Shown: piece by piece, positions 48,742 through 58,887 of the stretch
Layout of the letters: the number at the start of each line of letters is the position of its first letter
Position numbering within the stretch: position 1 is the first letter of the stretch
From: an uncultured Gemmatimonadales bacterium
Lineage (GTDB): Bacteria; Gemmatimonadota; Gemmatimonadetes; Palauibacterales; Palauibacteraceae
NCBI GenBank assembly: GCA_963783385.1
Contig: CAWANJ010000007.1
Coordinates: forward strand, 224,001 to 288,000
Direction of reading: 5' to 3'
Length of the DNA: 64,000 nt
Program-made: the position numbers and the translations under genes
The notes under the pieces: model-generated
What the model was told of the DNA's origin: nothing
The model's input: only the letters and a program-made list of their open reading frames with translations
The model's database searches: none

Positions 48742-49575
48742 ATGAAGGCGATCATACTGGCCGGCGGGTTCGGGACGCGCCTGTCGGAGGAGACGCACCT
48801 CAAGCCCAAGCCGATGGTCGAGGTGGGGGGGAAGCCCATCCTCTGGCACATCATGAACATCTACGCCACGCACGGCGTGAAGGAGTTCATCATCGCCCTG
48901 GGCTACAAGGGCGAGCTCGTGAAGGAGTACTTCGTCAACTATTACGCCTTCAACAACGACATCTCGGTGGACCTGCGGACGGGCGACACGACCATCCACG
49001 ACGGCAACCAGCCCGACTGGAAGGTCCACCTGGTGGACACGGGGCTCCACACCCAGACGGGCGGGCGCCTCAGGCGTCTGCGGCGATGGCTCGGCGACGA
49101 CGAGCTCTTCCACTTCACCTACGGGGACGGCGTCGCCGACCTCGACCTCGGCGCCCTCCTCGACTTCCACCGCTCGCACGGCAAGCTCGGGACGGTGACC
49201 ACGGTCCGAACCCCGGCGCGCTTCGGGCGCCTGGGGCTGGACGGGGACCGGGTGGCCGACTTCCACGAGAAGCCGGAGACGTCCGAGGGCTGGATCAGCG
49301 GCGGGTTCTTCGTCCTCCATCCCGGCGCCATTGAATACATCGACGGCGACGAGTCCGTGTGGGAACGCGACCCCGTGGAACGCATGGTCTCCGCGGGCGA
49401 GCTCATGGGCTTCCGGCACTATGGTTTCTGGTCGTGCATGGACACGCTCCGGGAGAAGAACATGCTGGAGGCCGCCTGGGAGAGCGGTGACGCTCCGTGG
49501 CGCATCTGGGACCGGAGCGGCGAGCCCCCCCCGGTGCACCGTCATCCCGAGCCTCGGCCGTCGGCGGTCCGATGA
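48742..49575 (+). CDS. rfbF: Glucose-1-phosphate cytidylyltransferase
   Basis: MKAIILAGGFGTRLSEET..KPKPMVE, TQTGGRL, TYGDGV, GFWSCMDTLRE. Confidence 0.93.
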   Translation: MKAIILAGGFGTRLSEETHLKPKPMVEVGGKPILWHIMNIYATHGVKEFIIALGYKGELVKEYFVNYYAFNNDISVDLRTGDTTIHDGNQPDWKVHLVDTGLHTQTGGRLRRLRRWLGDDELFHFTYGDGVADLDLGALLDFHRSHGKLGTVTTVRTPARFGRLGLDGDRVADFHEKPETSEGWISGGFFVLHPGAIEYIDGDESVWERDPVERMVSAGELMGFRHYGFWSCMDTLREKNMLEAAWESGDAPWRIWDRSGEPPPVHRHPEPRPSAVR

Positions 49576-49640
49576 TCGGGCCGCGAACGTCCGGTGCGGC
49601 GTTCCGGCGGACCCGGAGCTGAGGTCCGGACGCAGGGACC

Positions 49641-50624
49641 ATGGCGAACGCGTCGAAGCCCGTCGTCACGATCGGCATCCCCGTCTTCAAGCGGTTCCGC
49701 TTCCTGCCGGACGTCCTCCGGTCGGTGGCGGAGCAGGACTACCCGGACATCGACCTCCTGGTGTCCGATAACGGGGAGAACGGGCCGGAGCTCGAGGAGC
49801 TGGTGCGGAGCCATTATCCGCGACCGTTCCGCCTGCGCCGGAACCCGGTCACCGAGCCGGTCATGTCCCGGCACTTCAACCAGATGGTGGAAGCCGCGCA
49901 AGGGAAGTACTTCGTCCTTCTGTGCGACGACGACGAGCTGGGGCCCCGCTTCGTCTCCTCCCTCGTCGAGATCCTGGAGCGGGATCCGGAGGTGGGGGTC
50001 GGCATTCCGCGCGTGGAGGTGATGGACGAGGAGGGCAACCCCGAGCCGCGCGAGCACTCTTTTCCCCCCTCCGAGGTGTTCAGCGGCCTCGAGCTCGTCC
50101 GCATGTGGGTCCGGAAGCGCGTCCGTTTCTGGACCTTCGTGACGACCCTGGCCCGCACGCAAGACATCCTGGACCTGGGCGGTTACCCGCCCATCCCGGA
50201 GGCCGACGACAACACGATGGTCGTCAAGCTGTCCCTGGGTCGGAAGGCGGCCTTCTCGCGGGAGGCGGAGTTCCGGAACCGATGGTACGAAACGAGTGCG
50301 GGGCTGTCGCTGGCTCCGGAGGAGCTGGCGGAAGACATGCGGAAGTGGATCCACGTGCTGGACACCGACCCCGTGTTCCGGGAGTTCGCCCGCCGGCGTC
50401 CGGGGGAATGGAAGGAGATCCACGACCTCCTGGTAGAGCAGGCGTGGAGGAACTTCCGGTACCGGTGGGTGACCCTGTACCGGGAGCGCATGGAGCCCCT
50501 GGAGTGGCTCCGGGCGGGATTCACCATGCCGTTCATCCCGGCCTACTACCGGTGGCTGTTCGCCTATCTGTTCCGGACCGGCCTGCGGGCCACCGGACGA
50601 CGCCTGGTGGGGTCCCGTGGCTGA
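49641..50624 (+). CDS. Glycosyltransferase family 2
   Basis: VTIGIPVF, VSDNG, GKYFVLLCDDD. Confidence 0.85.
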   Translation: MANASKPVVTIGIPVFKRFRFLPDVLRSVAEQDYPDIDLLVSDNGENGPELEELVRSHYPRPFRLRRNPVTEPVMSRHFNQMVEAAQGKYFVLLCDDDELGPRFVSSLVEILERDPEVGVGIPRVEVMDEEGNPEPREHSFPPSEVFSGLELVRMWVRKRVRFWTFVTTLARTQDILDLGGYPPIPEADDNTMVVKLSLGRKAAFSREAEFRNRWYETSAGLSLAPEELAEDMRKWIHVLDTDPVFREFARRRPGEWKEIHDLLVEQAWRNFRYRWVTLYRERMEPLEWLRAGFTMPFIPAYYRWLFAYLFRTGLRATGRRLVGSRG

Positions 50625-51621
50625 CGGGCCGGCGGTCACGGTCATCGTCCCCACCCACGATCGGGCGGAGCTTCTCCCCCGGGCGGTAGGATCGGTGCGC
50701 GCTCAGACGCTGGACGACTGGGAGTGCCTGCTCGTGGACGACGGCTCCACCGACGAGACCCCGCGCGTGGCGGCGGAGCTCGCGGCGGAGGACCGGCGGA
50801 TCCGCTACCTCCGCGGATCCCACGCGGGCATTGTCGGGAACCTGAACCGGGGAGTGGACGCGGCGCGCGGCGAGTGGGTGCAGATCGTCGACGACGACGA
50901 CCGGATCCACCCCGACAAGCTGGGATTCCAGCTGGAGTGGGCCGAGCGGCACGGCGTGCCCGCCGGTCCGGCCGTGCTGTACGGCGACTACGTGGTCGTG
51001 CGGTCGGCGCCGGACGGCACGGAGCGGACCCGGACCCAGGTCGTGGGGGAGCGCTCGGTCGAGGAGCTGCTGCACGGCATGATCCGCTGGAACGGCGGCT
51101 CCGACGCGCCGCTCCGGCAGGGCAGCCCGCTCGTGCGGCGCTCCGTGTTCGAGCGGACGCGCTTCGACACCCGGGTGAGCTCCTACGTGGACACCAAGTT
51201 CTACATGGACCTGCTGCTGCGCGGCGTGCCCTTCTTCTACACGCCGATCGCCGGCTACTACCAGTACCTGCACGACGGCAACTACACATCGGCGGCGGAC
51301 AGGAGTCGGCGGCAGTACGTCCGTTACCTGGACCTCCTCTCCACGGAGGCGCCCGAGCTGGTCGCGGAGTCGCCGCGCTTCGGCTTCCTGGCGTCCCACG
51401 CGTTGAGCGACCACGACCTGGACGCGCTCCGCGACCTGCTGCGCATCGCCCGGCGCACCCCGTACCGCGCGCAGATCTCCGCCGGGTCGGGGACCACGGA
51501 CGTGGGTCCGCTGCTGCGGTGGGCCGCGCGGCTCCGCTGCCCGGCGTTCGTCGTCCCGTACCTGGCGCGGCTACGCGGCCTCGTGCGGCGTGCCGACCAC
51601 CAGTTCCTGCCGCATTCCTGA
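50617..51621 (+). CDS. Glycosyltransferase family 2
   Basis: VTVIVPTHDR, VDDGSTDET, NRGVDAARGEW...DDDD. Confidence 0.87.
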   Translation: MADGPAVTVIVPTHDRAELLPRAVGSVRAQTLDDWECLLVDDGSTDETPRVAAELAAEDRRIRYLRGSHAGIVGNLNRGVDAARGEWVQIVDDDDRIHPDKLGFQLEWAERHGVPAGPAVLYGDYVVVRSAPDGTERTRTQVVGERSVEELLHGMIRWNGGSDAPLRQGSPLVRRSVFERTRFDTRVSSYVDTKFYMDLLLRGVPFFYTPIAGYYQYLHDGNYTSAADRSRRQYVRYLDLLSTEAPELVAESPRFGFLASHALSDHDLDALRDLLRIARRTPYRAQISAGSGTTDVGPLLRWAARLRCPAFVVPYLARLRGLVRRADHQFLPHS

Positions 51622-51646
51622 CCGAACCCCGACACAGAGGAGCTCC

Positions 51647-52573
51647 GTGGCCGACCTGCAGCAACCCGAATGGGCCTACTTCGAGGGAGACGTCCGTCCC
51701 TGGAGCGAGGCGGTCCTCCACGTGGACAGCGAGGCGGTGAAGCGCGGCCTCAACGTGTTCGAGGGCATGAAGGGCTACTGGAGCGCGGATGGCTCCGAGT
51801 TCGGGGTCGTCGCTCTCCCCCGGCACTTCGCCCGGCTGCAGCGGTCGGCGCGTATCCTCCACGTGCCGTGCCCGGTGGGACCGCGGGAGTTCGAGGAGGC
51901 GTGCCGGAAGCTGGTGGGTCGGCTGATCGGGCCCGACCGGGACATGTGGGTTCGGGCCACCCTGTTCGTGACCGAGGGCCACTGGGGCGAGGACGACCGC
52001 TCCGACCTCGTGCTCACGGCCTTCCACCAGCCCAAACAGCGACCCGAGCCCATCGCTCTCGGCGTGAGCACGTGGCAGAGAGCCAGCGACGTCACCGTGC
52101 CTCCCAGGGTCAAGGCCGGAACCAACTACCAGGTGTCGAGGCTGGCGCGCATCGAGGGCCGGGGACGCGGGTACGGGGAGATGGTGCTCCTCAACCGCGC
52201 CGGCCGGGTCTCGGAGGCCACGGGCTCCTGCGTGCTCGTGGTGCGCGGCGGGACGGTGTTCACGCCGCCGGCCACCGAGGGGGTGCTCGAGAGCATCACG
52301 GTGGACATCATCGAGGCGTTGTGCGGGTCGCTGGGCATCCCGTTCGTACGGCGCCCCATCGACCGCACCGAGCTCCAGGTCGCCGACGAGCTCGGGGTCG
52401 CCGGCACCCTGGCCGAGATCGTGAAGGTGCACCGGTTCGAGGAGTTCGATATGCCGGAGCACACCCCGATCCTCGACGCCATCGCCGACCGCTTCTGGGC
52501 CGCCGTCCGCCAGGAAGATCCACACGAGGCCGTGGACCTCACCGTCCTGGCCCGCCGGTCCGAACTGTCCTGA
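51647..52573 (+). CDS. PLP-dependent aminotransferase class IV (IlvE-like)
   Basis: GAGGAG RBS; VFEGMKGY, HFARLQRSA, catalytic Lys in VKAGTNY, GRVSEATG, LESIT, ADE..VAGTLAEI. Confidence 0.88.
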   Translation: MADLQQPEWAYFEGDVRPWSEAVLHVDSEAVKRGLNVFEGMKGYWSADGSEFGVVALPRHFARLQRSARILHVPCPVGPREFEEACRKLVGRLIGPDRDMWVRATLFVTEGHWGEDDRSDLVLTAFHQPKQRPEPIALGVSTWQRASDVTVPPRVKAGTNYQVSRLARIEGRGRGYGEMVLLNRAGRVSEATGSCVLVVRGGTVFTPPATEGVLESITVDIIEALCGSLGIPFVRRPIDRTELQVADELGVAGTLAEIVKVHRFEEFDMPEHTPILDAIADRFWAAVRQEDPHEAVDLTVLARRSELS

Positions 52574-52589
52574 CAGAGCCGAGAATTCC

Positions 52590-53882
52590 ATGAACATAGA
52601 CGGCCGATCCGAGACCGCCGCCGGCGTCGCCGCGGCGGACCGAGTCCCGACTCACGCACCGCCGTGCCGCTTCTGCGGCGCGCCGCTCACGCGGACCGTC
52701 GTGGACCTGGGCATGTCGCCGCTGGCCAACGCGTACCTGGAGCCCGAGCAGCTGGGAGAGGGAGAGATGTTCTATCCGCTGCACGCCCGGGTGTGCGAGG
52801 ACTGCTTCCTCGTCCAGCTCGAGAAGTTCGAGCAGCCCGAGGTCATCTTCGGCGACTACGCGTACTTCTCCTCGTACTCCGACAGCTGGCTGAGGCACGC
52901 CGAGGCGTACGTGCGGATGGCCACCGAGCGCTTCGGCCTCGGACCGGACAGCCTGGTGGTCGAGCTGGCCAGCAACGACGGCTACCTCCTCCAGTACTTC
53001 ATGGAGCGGAGCGTCCCGGTGCTGGGCGTCGAGCCGGCCGCCAACGTGGCGGCGGCGGCCGAGGAGAGGGGGATCCCCACCCGGGTCCGTTTCTTCGGGG
53101 AGGCGATGGCACGGGACCTGGCGGAGGAGGGGCTTCGCGCGGACCTCATCATCGGGAACAACGTCCTGGCGCACGTGCCCGAGCTGAACGATTTCGTGAC
53201 GGGCATGAAGCGCCTCCTGAAGCCGCGTGGCGTGATCACGATGGAGTTTCCCCACCTGGTGCGGCTCATCGAGGGAAACCAGTTCGACACGATCTACCAC
53301 GAGCACTTCTCGTACTATTCCTTCCTCACCGTGGAGCGGATCTTCGCCGCCCACGGCCTCACCCTGTTCGACGTGGACGAGCTTCCCACGCACGGCGGCT
53401 CCCTGCGGATCTACGGCCGGCACGAGGAGGACGACTCGCACCCGGTGGGGGAGAGGGTGGGGGCGCTCCGGGCCCGCGAGCGAGAGGGCGGCTACGACAC
53501 CCTGGCGCCCTACCTGGCCTTCGGGGAGCGGGTGAACCAGACCAAGCGGAAGCTGCTCTCCTTCCTGGTGGGGGCCAAGAACGAGGGGAAGTCGATCGTC
53601 GGCTACGGGGCCGCGGCCAAGGGCAACACGCTCCTCAACTACTGCGGCGTGCGCACCGACTTCCTGGACTACGTGGTGGACCGCAGCCCCCACAAGCAGG
53701 ACCGCTACCTCCCCGGAACCCGCATCCCGATCGTGGCGCCCGAGAGGATCGCCGAGACCCGGCCGGACTACGTGCTCATCCTGCCCTGGAACCTGCGCGA
53801 CGAGATCGCCGGGCAGATGGAGCACGTCCGCGAGTGGGGCGGGAAGTTCGCCGTGCCGATCCCGGAGGTGACGGTCTTCTGA
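52590..53882 (+). CDS. NDP-sugar C-methyltransferase (Zn-binding N-terminus, class I SAM)
   Basis: CRFCG...DLGMSPLAN...CEDC, ELASNDG, FDTIYHEHFSY, THGGSLR, GYGAAAKGNTLLNY, LPWN. Confidence 0.9.
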   Translation: MNIDGRSETAAGVAAADRVPTHAPPCRFCGAPLTRTVVDLGMSPLANAYLEPEQLGEGEMFYPLHARVCEDCFLVQLEKFEQPEVIFGDYAYFSSYSDSWLRHAEAYVRMATERFGLGPDSLVVELASNDGYLLQYFMERSVPVLGVEPAANVAAAAEERGIPTRVRFFGEAMARDLAEEGLRADLIIGNNVLAHVPELNDFVTGMKRLLKPRGVITMEFPHLVRLIEGNQFDTIYHEHFSYYSFLTVERIFAAHGLTLFDVDELPTHGGSLRIYGRHEEDDSHPVGERVGALRAREREGGYDTLAPYLAFGERVNQTKRKLLSFLVGAKNEGKSIVGYGAAAKGNTLLNYCGVRTDFLDYVVDRSPHKQDRYLPGTRIPIVAPERIAETRPDYVLILPWNLRDEIAGQMEHVREWGGKFAVPIPEVTVF

Positions 53883-55240
53883 TGTCCCGGACGACCGAGA
53901 CCGGCCGTCGGCCTGTGGCCGGGGACGCCGGCGCGGACGCGCCGGGCGAGGACCCGGGCGCCGCCCTGCACGCGTTCGCATCCGAGCTGTTCCCGATCTG
54001 CCGCAGCCTGACCGGCGAGGGGGTCCGTGAGACGCTGAGGCGGATCGGCGAGCGCATTCCCCTCGAGGTGAGCGAGGTCCCGACCGGCACGCGGGTCCTG
54101 GACTGGACGGTGCCGCGGGAGTGGAACATCCGGGGCGCCTGGATCCGGGGACCGGCCGGCGACACGGTGCTGGATTTCGCCGACTCCAACCTGCACGTGG
54201 TCGGCTACAGCGTCCCCGTACACGCCACCCTGGACCGGGCGGAGCTGGCCGCGCGGGTGCACACGCTCCCCGACCATCCGGACTGGATCCCGTACCGGAC
54301 CTCCTACTACGAGGAGACGTGGGGCTTCTGCATGGAGCACCGGCGGTTCGAGGCGCTCCCGGAAGGCGAGTACGAGGTCCGGATCGATTCCACGCTACAG
54401 GACGGCAGCCTCACCTACGGCGAGTGCGTCCTGCCCGGCTCGACCGGCCAGGAGGTCCTCGTCTCCTGCCACGTGTGCCACCCGTCCCTGGCCAACGACA
54501 ACCTGTCGGGCATCGCGGCGGCCACCTGGCTGGCCGCCGACCTGGCCGCGCGGGAGCACCGGTACACGTACCGCTTCCTGTTCGTCCCGGGGACGATCGG
54601 GTCGATCGCGTGGCTGGCGCGCAACGAGGACACGGTGGACGCCGTGCGCCACGGCCTCGTGCTGGCCGGGGTGGGCGACGGAGGGGCTGTCAACTACAAG
54701 CGTAGTCGACGAGGGGGCGCCGTGGTCGACCGCGCCGTCGAGCACGTGCTCGCGCACCGGGAGTCGCCCTCGGCCATCCGGGACTTCATGCCGTACGGAT
54801 ACGACGAGCGACAGTACTGCTCGCCGGGCTTCGACCTGCCGGTGGGCTGCCTGATGCGGACGCCGTGGGGCGAGTATCCCGAGTACCACACGTCGGCGGA
54901 CGACCTGGACTTCCTGCGGCCCGAGGGGCTGGCCGACACGCTGGACACCCTCCTCGAGGTCGTGGAGGTGCTGGAGGGGAACCGGACCTACCGGAACCTG
55001 AGCCCGAAGGGCGAGCCCCAGCTCGGGCGGCGCGGCCTGTACGACGCCGTCGGCGGCCGGGTGGATCGCCGCAGCGCCACGCTGGCGCTGCTCTGGGTCC
55101 TGAACCAGTCGGACGGGGAGCACGACCTGCTGGCCATCGCCGAGCGGGCGGGGATGGAGTTCGAGCTGGTGCGCTGGGCCGCCGACCGGCTGCTCGAGGC
55201 GGACCTGCTGGCCGAGGTCGACGCGGAGGCGGGGGCATGA
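53882..55240 (+). CDS. DUF4910/DUF2172 aminopeptidase-like protein with C-terminal winged HTH
   Basis: LFPICRSLTGEGVRETL, DWTVPREWNI, IPYRTSYY, CHPSLANDNLSG, GYDERQYCSPG, YHTSADD, EPQLGRRGLY. Confidence 0.85.
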   Translation: MSRTTETGRRPVAGDAGADAPGEDPGAALHAFASELFPICRSLTGEGVRETLRRIGERIPLEVSEVPTGTRVLDWTVPREWNIRGAWIRGPAGDTVLDFADSNLHVVGYSVPVHATLDRAELAARVHTLPDHPDWIPYRTSYYEETWGFCMEHRRFEALPEGEYEVRIDSTLQDGSLTYGECVLPGSTGQEVLVSCHVCHPSLANDNLSGIAAATWLAADLAAREHRYTYRFLFVPGTIGSIAWLARNEDTVDAVRHGLVLAGVGDGGAVNYKRSRRGGAVVDRAVEHVLAHRESPSAIRDFMPYGYDERQYCSPGFDLPVGCLMRTPWGEYPEYHTSADDLDFLRPEGLADTLDTLLEVVEVLEGNRTYRNLSPKGEPQLGRRGLYDAVGGRVDRRSATLALLWVLNQSDGEHDLLAIAERAGMEFELVRWAADRLLEADLLAEVDAEAGA

Positions 55241-56473
55241 CCTACGACTTCACGGTCGTGGGCGGCGGCATCGTGGGGCTGTCGACGGCCCTCGAGCTCA
55301 CGCGCCGCTATCCGCGCGCGTCGACCCTCGTGCTCGAGAAGGAACCGGGGTGGGCGGCGCACCAGAGCGGGCACAACAGCGGGGTCATCCACTCGGGCAT
55401 CTACTATCCGCCCGGGAGCCTCAAGGCTCGCTTCTGCACCGAGGGCCGCCAGGCGACGATCGACTTCTGCGAGGAGCAGGGGATTCCCTGCGAGGTGTGC
55501 GGCAAGGTCATCGTGGCCACCCGGGAGGAGGAGCTCCCCCACCTGGCGGAGCTGGAGACCCGGGGCCGCGCCAACGGCCTCGAGGTCCGGGTGCTGGGAC
55601 CCGAGGAGCTGCGCGAGGTCGAGCCGCACGTGCGGGGACTCCGCGCGCTCCACGTCCCCGCCTCCGGCATCGTGGACTACCGGCTGGTGGCGGCGGCGTT
55701 CGCGCGGATCGCCGGGGAGCGGGGCGCGGACCTGCGGACCGGCGCCGGCCTGCGCGTCGGTCCGCGTCATGCCGGACGGGCTGGCTCTGGAGACGGCGGC
55801 CGGGTCGTTCACCACGCGCTTCCTGGTCAACTGCGCCGGGCTGTACGCGGACCGCGTCGCCGCCATGTTGGGCGCGCGCCCGCCGGCCAGGATCGTGCCC
55901 TTCCGGGGGGAGTACTTCGAGCTGGTCGAGGGGCGTCGGAGCCTGGTCCGGAACCTCATCTACCCGGTGCCGGACCCGGACCTCCCCTTCCTGGGCGTTC
56001 ACTTCACGCGCTCGATCGACGGGGCGGTGCACGCCGGGCCGAACGCCGTGCTGGCCCTGAGCCGCGAGGGGTACGGGTGGGGTGACGTGAGCCTGAAGGA
56101 CACGGCCGAGTCCCTGGCCTACCCGGGCTTCTGGAGGCTCGTCGCCCGGTTCCCGGCGGTGACGGCCATGGAGCTGCACCGGTCGCTCAGCAAGCGGCGC
56201 TTCGCGAAGAGCCTCCAGAGGCTCATCCCCGCGGTGCGGGCGGCGGACCTGGTGCCCGGCGGCTCCGGCGTGCGGGCGCAGGCCCTCACGCCGAAGGGCG
56301 AGCTGGTGCACGATTTCCTCATCGTGCCCGCCGAGCGCTCGATCCACGTGTGCAACGCCCCATCGCCGGCGGCCACGGCCGCCCTGCCCATCGGGCGGTC
56401 GGTCGTGGACCGCATTCCCGAATCGTTCACTTCAGGGGCACGGAGCCGACACTCCGCGTCCGGGAGCGCCTGA
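55237..56473 (+). CDS. lhgO: L-2-hydroxyglutarate oxidase-like FAD enzyme (single frameshift near 55750)
   Basis: VGGGIVGL, HQSGHNSGVIHSGIYY..GSLKA in one frame; NCAGLYAD, PFRGEY, IYPVPDP..PFLGVH, GVRAQA, NAPSPAATA in the next. Confidence 0.88.
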
Positions 56474-56474
56474 C

Positions 56475-57521
56475 ATGAAGGTCCTGGTGACAGGAACGGA
56501 AGGATACATCGGAGCCGTCCTCACGCCCCTCCTCGCGGGGAGGGGACACCACGTGGACGGGCTGGACACGTGCTTCTATACCGGGGGCCTGCTCTATCCC
56601 CGGGAGGACGGGTTCGAGACGGCCCTGCGCAAGGACATACGGGAGATCGAGGCGGAAGACCTGGCCGGCTACGACGCCGTGGTCCACATGGCCGAGCTCT
56701 CCAACGATCCGCTCGGCCAGCTCAACCCCGAGGTGACCTACCGGATCAACCACGAGGGCAGCCTGCGCATGGCGCGGAAGTGCCTCGAGGCGGGCGTGCA
56801 GCGCTTCGTGTACACGTCCTCGTGCAGCGTATACGGCGTCGCCGAGAGCGACCTGGTGGACGAGACGTCCGAGCCCAACCCGCAGACGGCCTACGCGCGG
56901 TGCAAGGTGCTGGTCGAGCGCGACGTGGGAGCCATGGCGGGCGACGACTTCTCACCGACCTTCCTGCGCAACGCGACGGCGTTCGGGCCCTCGCCGCGCA
57001 TGCGCTTCGACATCGTCCTCAACAACCTGGCCGGACTGGCGTGGACCACGGGCCAGATCAAGCTGATCAGCGACGGGACGCCGTGGCGTCCCCTCGTGCA
57101 CGTCGAGGACATCGCCCGGGCCATCGCCTGCTCGATCGAGGCGCCGCGCGAGGCCGTGCACGGCAAGGTGTTCAACGTGGGCGACTCGGAGCAGAACTAC
57201 CGGATCCGCGAAGTGGCGGAGATCGTGTCGGAGGCGTTGCCGGGCTGTCGCCTCACGATCGGCGAGAGCGACGGCGACAACCGCAGCTACCGGGTCTCCT
57301 TCGAGAAGATCAACGGCGAGCTACCGGGCTTCCGTTGCGAGAAGGACGCGCGCACGGGCGCCCGGGAGCTCATGGAGGTATTCGAGAGGATCGACCTGTC
57401 GCGCGAGGTGTTCGAAGCGCCGCCCTTCACGCGGCTCAGGGAGCTCGAGAAGCTGCTGGCCGCGGGCGAGCTCGACGGGGAGCTCCTGTGGACCGAGGCG
57501 AGGCCGGCCGTCGCCGGATGA
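56475..57521 (+). CDS. NAD-dependent epimerase/dehydratase (extended SDR)
   Basis: VTGTEGYIG, ELSNDPLG, SSCSVYG, YARCK, RMRFDIVLN, DGTPWRPLVH. Confidence 0.88.
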   Translation: MKVLVTGTEGYIGAVLTPLLAGRGHHVDGLDTCFYTGGLLYPREDGFETALRKDIREIEAEDLAGYDAVVHMAELSNDPLGQLNPEVTYRINHEGSLRMARKCLEAGVQRFVYTSSCSVYGVAESDLVDETSEPNPQTAYARCKVLVERDVGAMAGDDFSPTFLRNATAFGPSPRMRFDIVLNNLAGLAWTTGQIKLISDGTPWRPLVHVEDIARAIACSIEAPREAVHGKVFNVGDSEQNYRIREVAEIVSEALPGCRLTIGESDGDNRSYRVSFEKINGELPGFRCEKDARTGARELMEVFERIDLSREVFEAPPFTRLRELEKLLAAGELDGELLWTEARPAVAG

Positions 57522-58078
57522 TCTTCAGGGAGACCGCCATCGCCGGAGTCCGCGTCGTCGAGGTCGAGCGCCTGGAGGACGAGCGAGGCTTCTTCGGCCG
57601 GACGTGGTGCGCGCGGGAATTCGAGGAAGCCGGCCTCTCGCCCCGGTTGGCGCAGTGCAGCCTGTCGTTCAACCGGCGCCGCGGCACGCTCCGGGGGCTC
57701 CACTATCAGGCGGCCCCGCACCGGGAGGCCAAGCTGGTCCGCTGCACCATGGGCTCGATCCACGACGTGGTCGTGGACCTGCGGCGTGATTCTCCGACCT
57801 GCCTGGAGAACGTGACGATCCTCCTCAGCGCGGAGAACCGGAGGGCGATCTACGTGCCGGAGGGATGCGCACACGGGTTTCAGACGCTGGAGGACGACAC
57901 CGAGGTGTTCTATCAGATGACGGAGTTCTACGAGCCGTCCGCCGGTCGCGGCGTGCGCTGGAACGACCCTGCCCTGGGCATCGCGTGGCCGCTGGAGCCG
58001 ACGGTGATCTCGGAGCGGGACCGGACCTATCCACCACTGGGAAGCGGTGCCGGGCCGACCGGGGGAAGCCCGGCGTGA
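57518..58078 (+). CDS. rfbC: dTDP-4-dehydrorhamnose 3,5-epimerase family protein
   Basis: DERGFFGR, GTLRGLHYQ, KLVRC, DLRRDSPT, CAHGFQTL, WNDP. Confidence 0.92.
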   Translation: MIFRETAIAGVRVVEVERLEDERGFFGRTWCAREFEEAGLSPRLAQCSLSFNRRRGTLRGLHYQAAPHREAKLVRCTMGSIHDVVVDLRRDSPTCLENVTILLSAENRRAIYVPEGCAHGFQTLEDDTEVFYQMTEFYEPSAGRGVRWNDPALGIAWPLEPTVISERDRTYPPLGSGAGPTGGSPA

Positions 58079-58887
58079 GCGGCGTCGAGGGTGGCGGGAA
58101 TCGGGCGGAGATCCTGGGCCTGGTGCCCGCCGCCGGGCTCGGGACGCGGGTGGCCTCGCTGCCCTGCAGCAAGGAGATCTTCCCCGTGGCGCTCGGACCG
58201 CGATCCGGCGGGGCGGGCCTGCGCGTGCGGGTGGCGTGCGACGACGTGCTCGAGGCCATGCGGCTGGCCGGCGTGGACCGGGTCTACATGGTCCTCCGGG
58301 ACGGCAAGTGGGACATCCCGGCCTACCTGGGGGACGGCCGCGCGCGCGGCGTGCACCTGGCCTACCTGATGATGGGCGCGCCGTGGGGCGTGCCGTTCAC
58401 CCTCGACCAGGCCTACCCGTTCGTCCGGGGGCGACGCGTGGTGTGCGGGTTCCCGGACATCCTGCTCCGGCCGACGGACGTGTTCACCCCACTGCTGGAT
58501 GCGATGGATGCGTCGGGGAGCGATGCGGTGCTGGCGCTGTTTCCGGCGGGAGATCCCGAGCTCGTGGACATGGTGGAGGTGGACGGCGAGGGCCGGATAC
58601 GGCGGATCCAGGTCAAGCCCGGTCCCGAGCGGCTGACCCACACCTGGGGCGCGGCCGCCTGGGGCCCGGCCTTCACGGAGCTCCTGCACCGGTTCGCCCG
58701 CGAGACCGCATCCCGGGGGAGCGAAGCCCCAGCGGGGCCGGAGGAGCGGCACCTGGGTGACGTGATCCAGGTCGCCCTGGATGAAGGACTGAGCGTGGAC
58801 GGCGTACCCTTCCCCGGCGGGGGGTACGTGGACGTCGGAGTGCCGGAGAACCTGCTGGACGCATTCGAGATCGGGGAGGGTGCCTGA
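58075..58887 (+). CDS. Sugar-phosphate nucleotidyltransferase (dTDP-glucose pyrophosphorylase-like)
   Basis: GLVPAAGLGTR...CSKEIFPV, GKWDIPAYLGDG, GFPDI, YVDVG. Confidence 0.8.
   Translation: MSGVEGGGNRAEILGLVPAAGLGTRVASLPCSKEIFPVALGPRSGGAGLRVRVACDDVLEAMRLAGVDRVYMVLRDGKWDIPAYLGDGRARGVHLAYLMMGAPWGVPFTLDQAYPFVRGRRVVCGFPDILLRPTDVFTPLLDAMDASGSDAVLALFPAGDPELVDMVEVDGEGRIRRIQVKPGPERLTHTWGAAAWGPAFTELLHRFARETASRGSEAPAGPEERHLGDVIQVALDEGLSVDGVPFPGGGYVDVGVPENLLDAFEIGEGA

Noticed and set aside
50682-50689. ops-like GGCGGTAG sequence
   Set aside because: Lies inside a glycosyltransferase coding region far from the operon leader; likely chance.
55740-55770. Programmed frameshift or phase variation in lhgO (and in the SGNH gene)
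   Set aside because: No slippery heptamer or long homopolymer at the lhgO break, and similar breaks occur in unrelated genes, pointing to sequence error.
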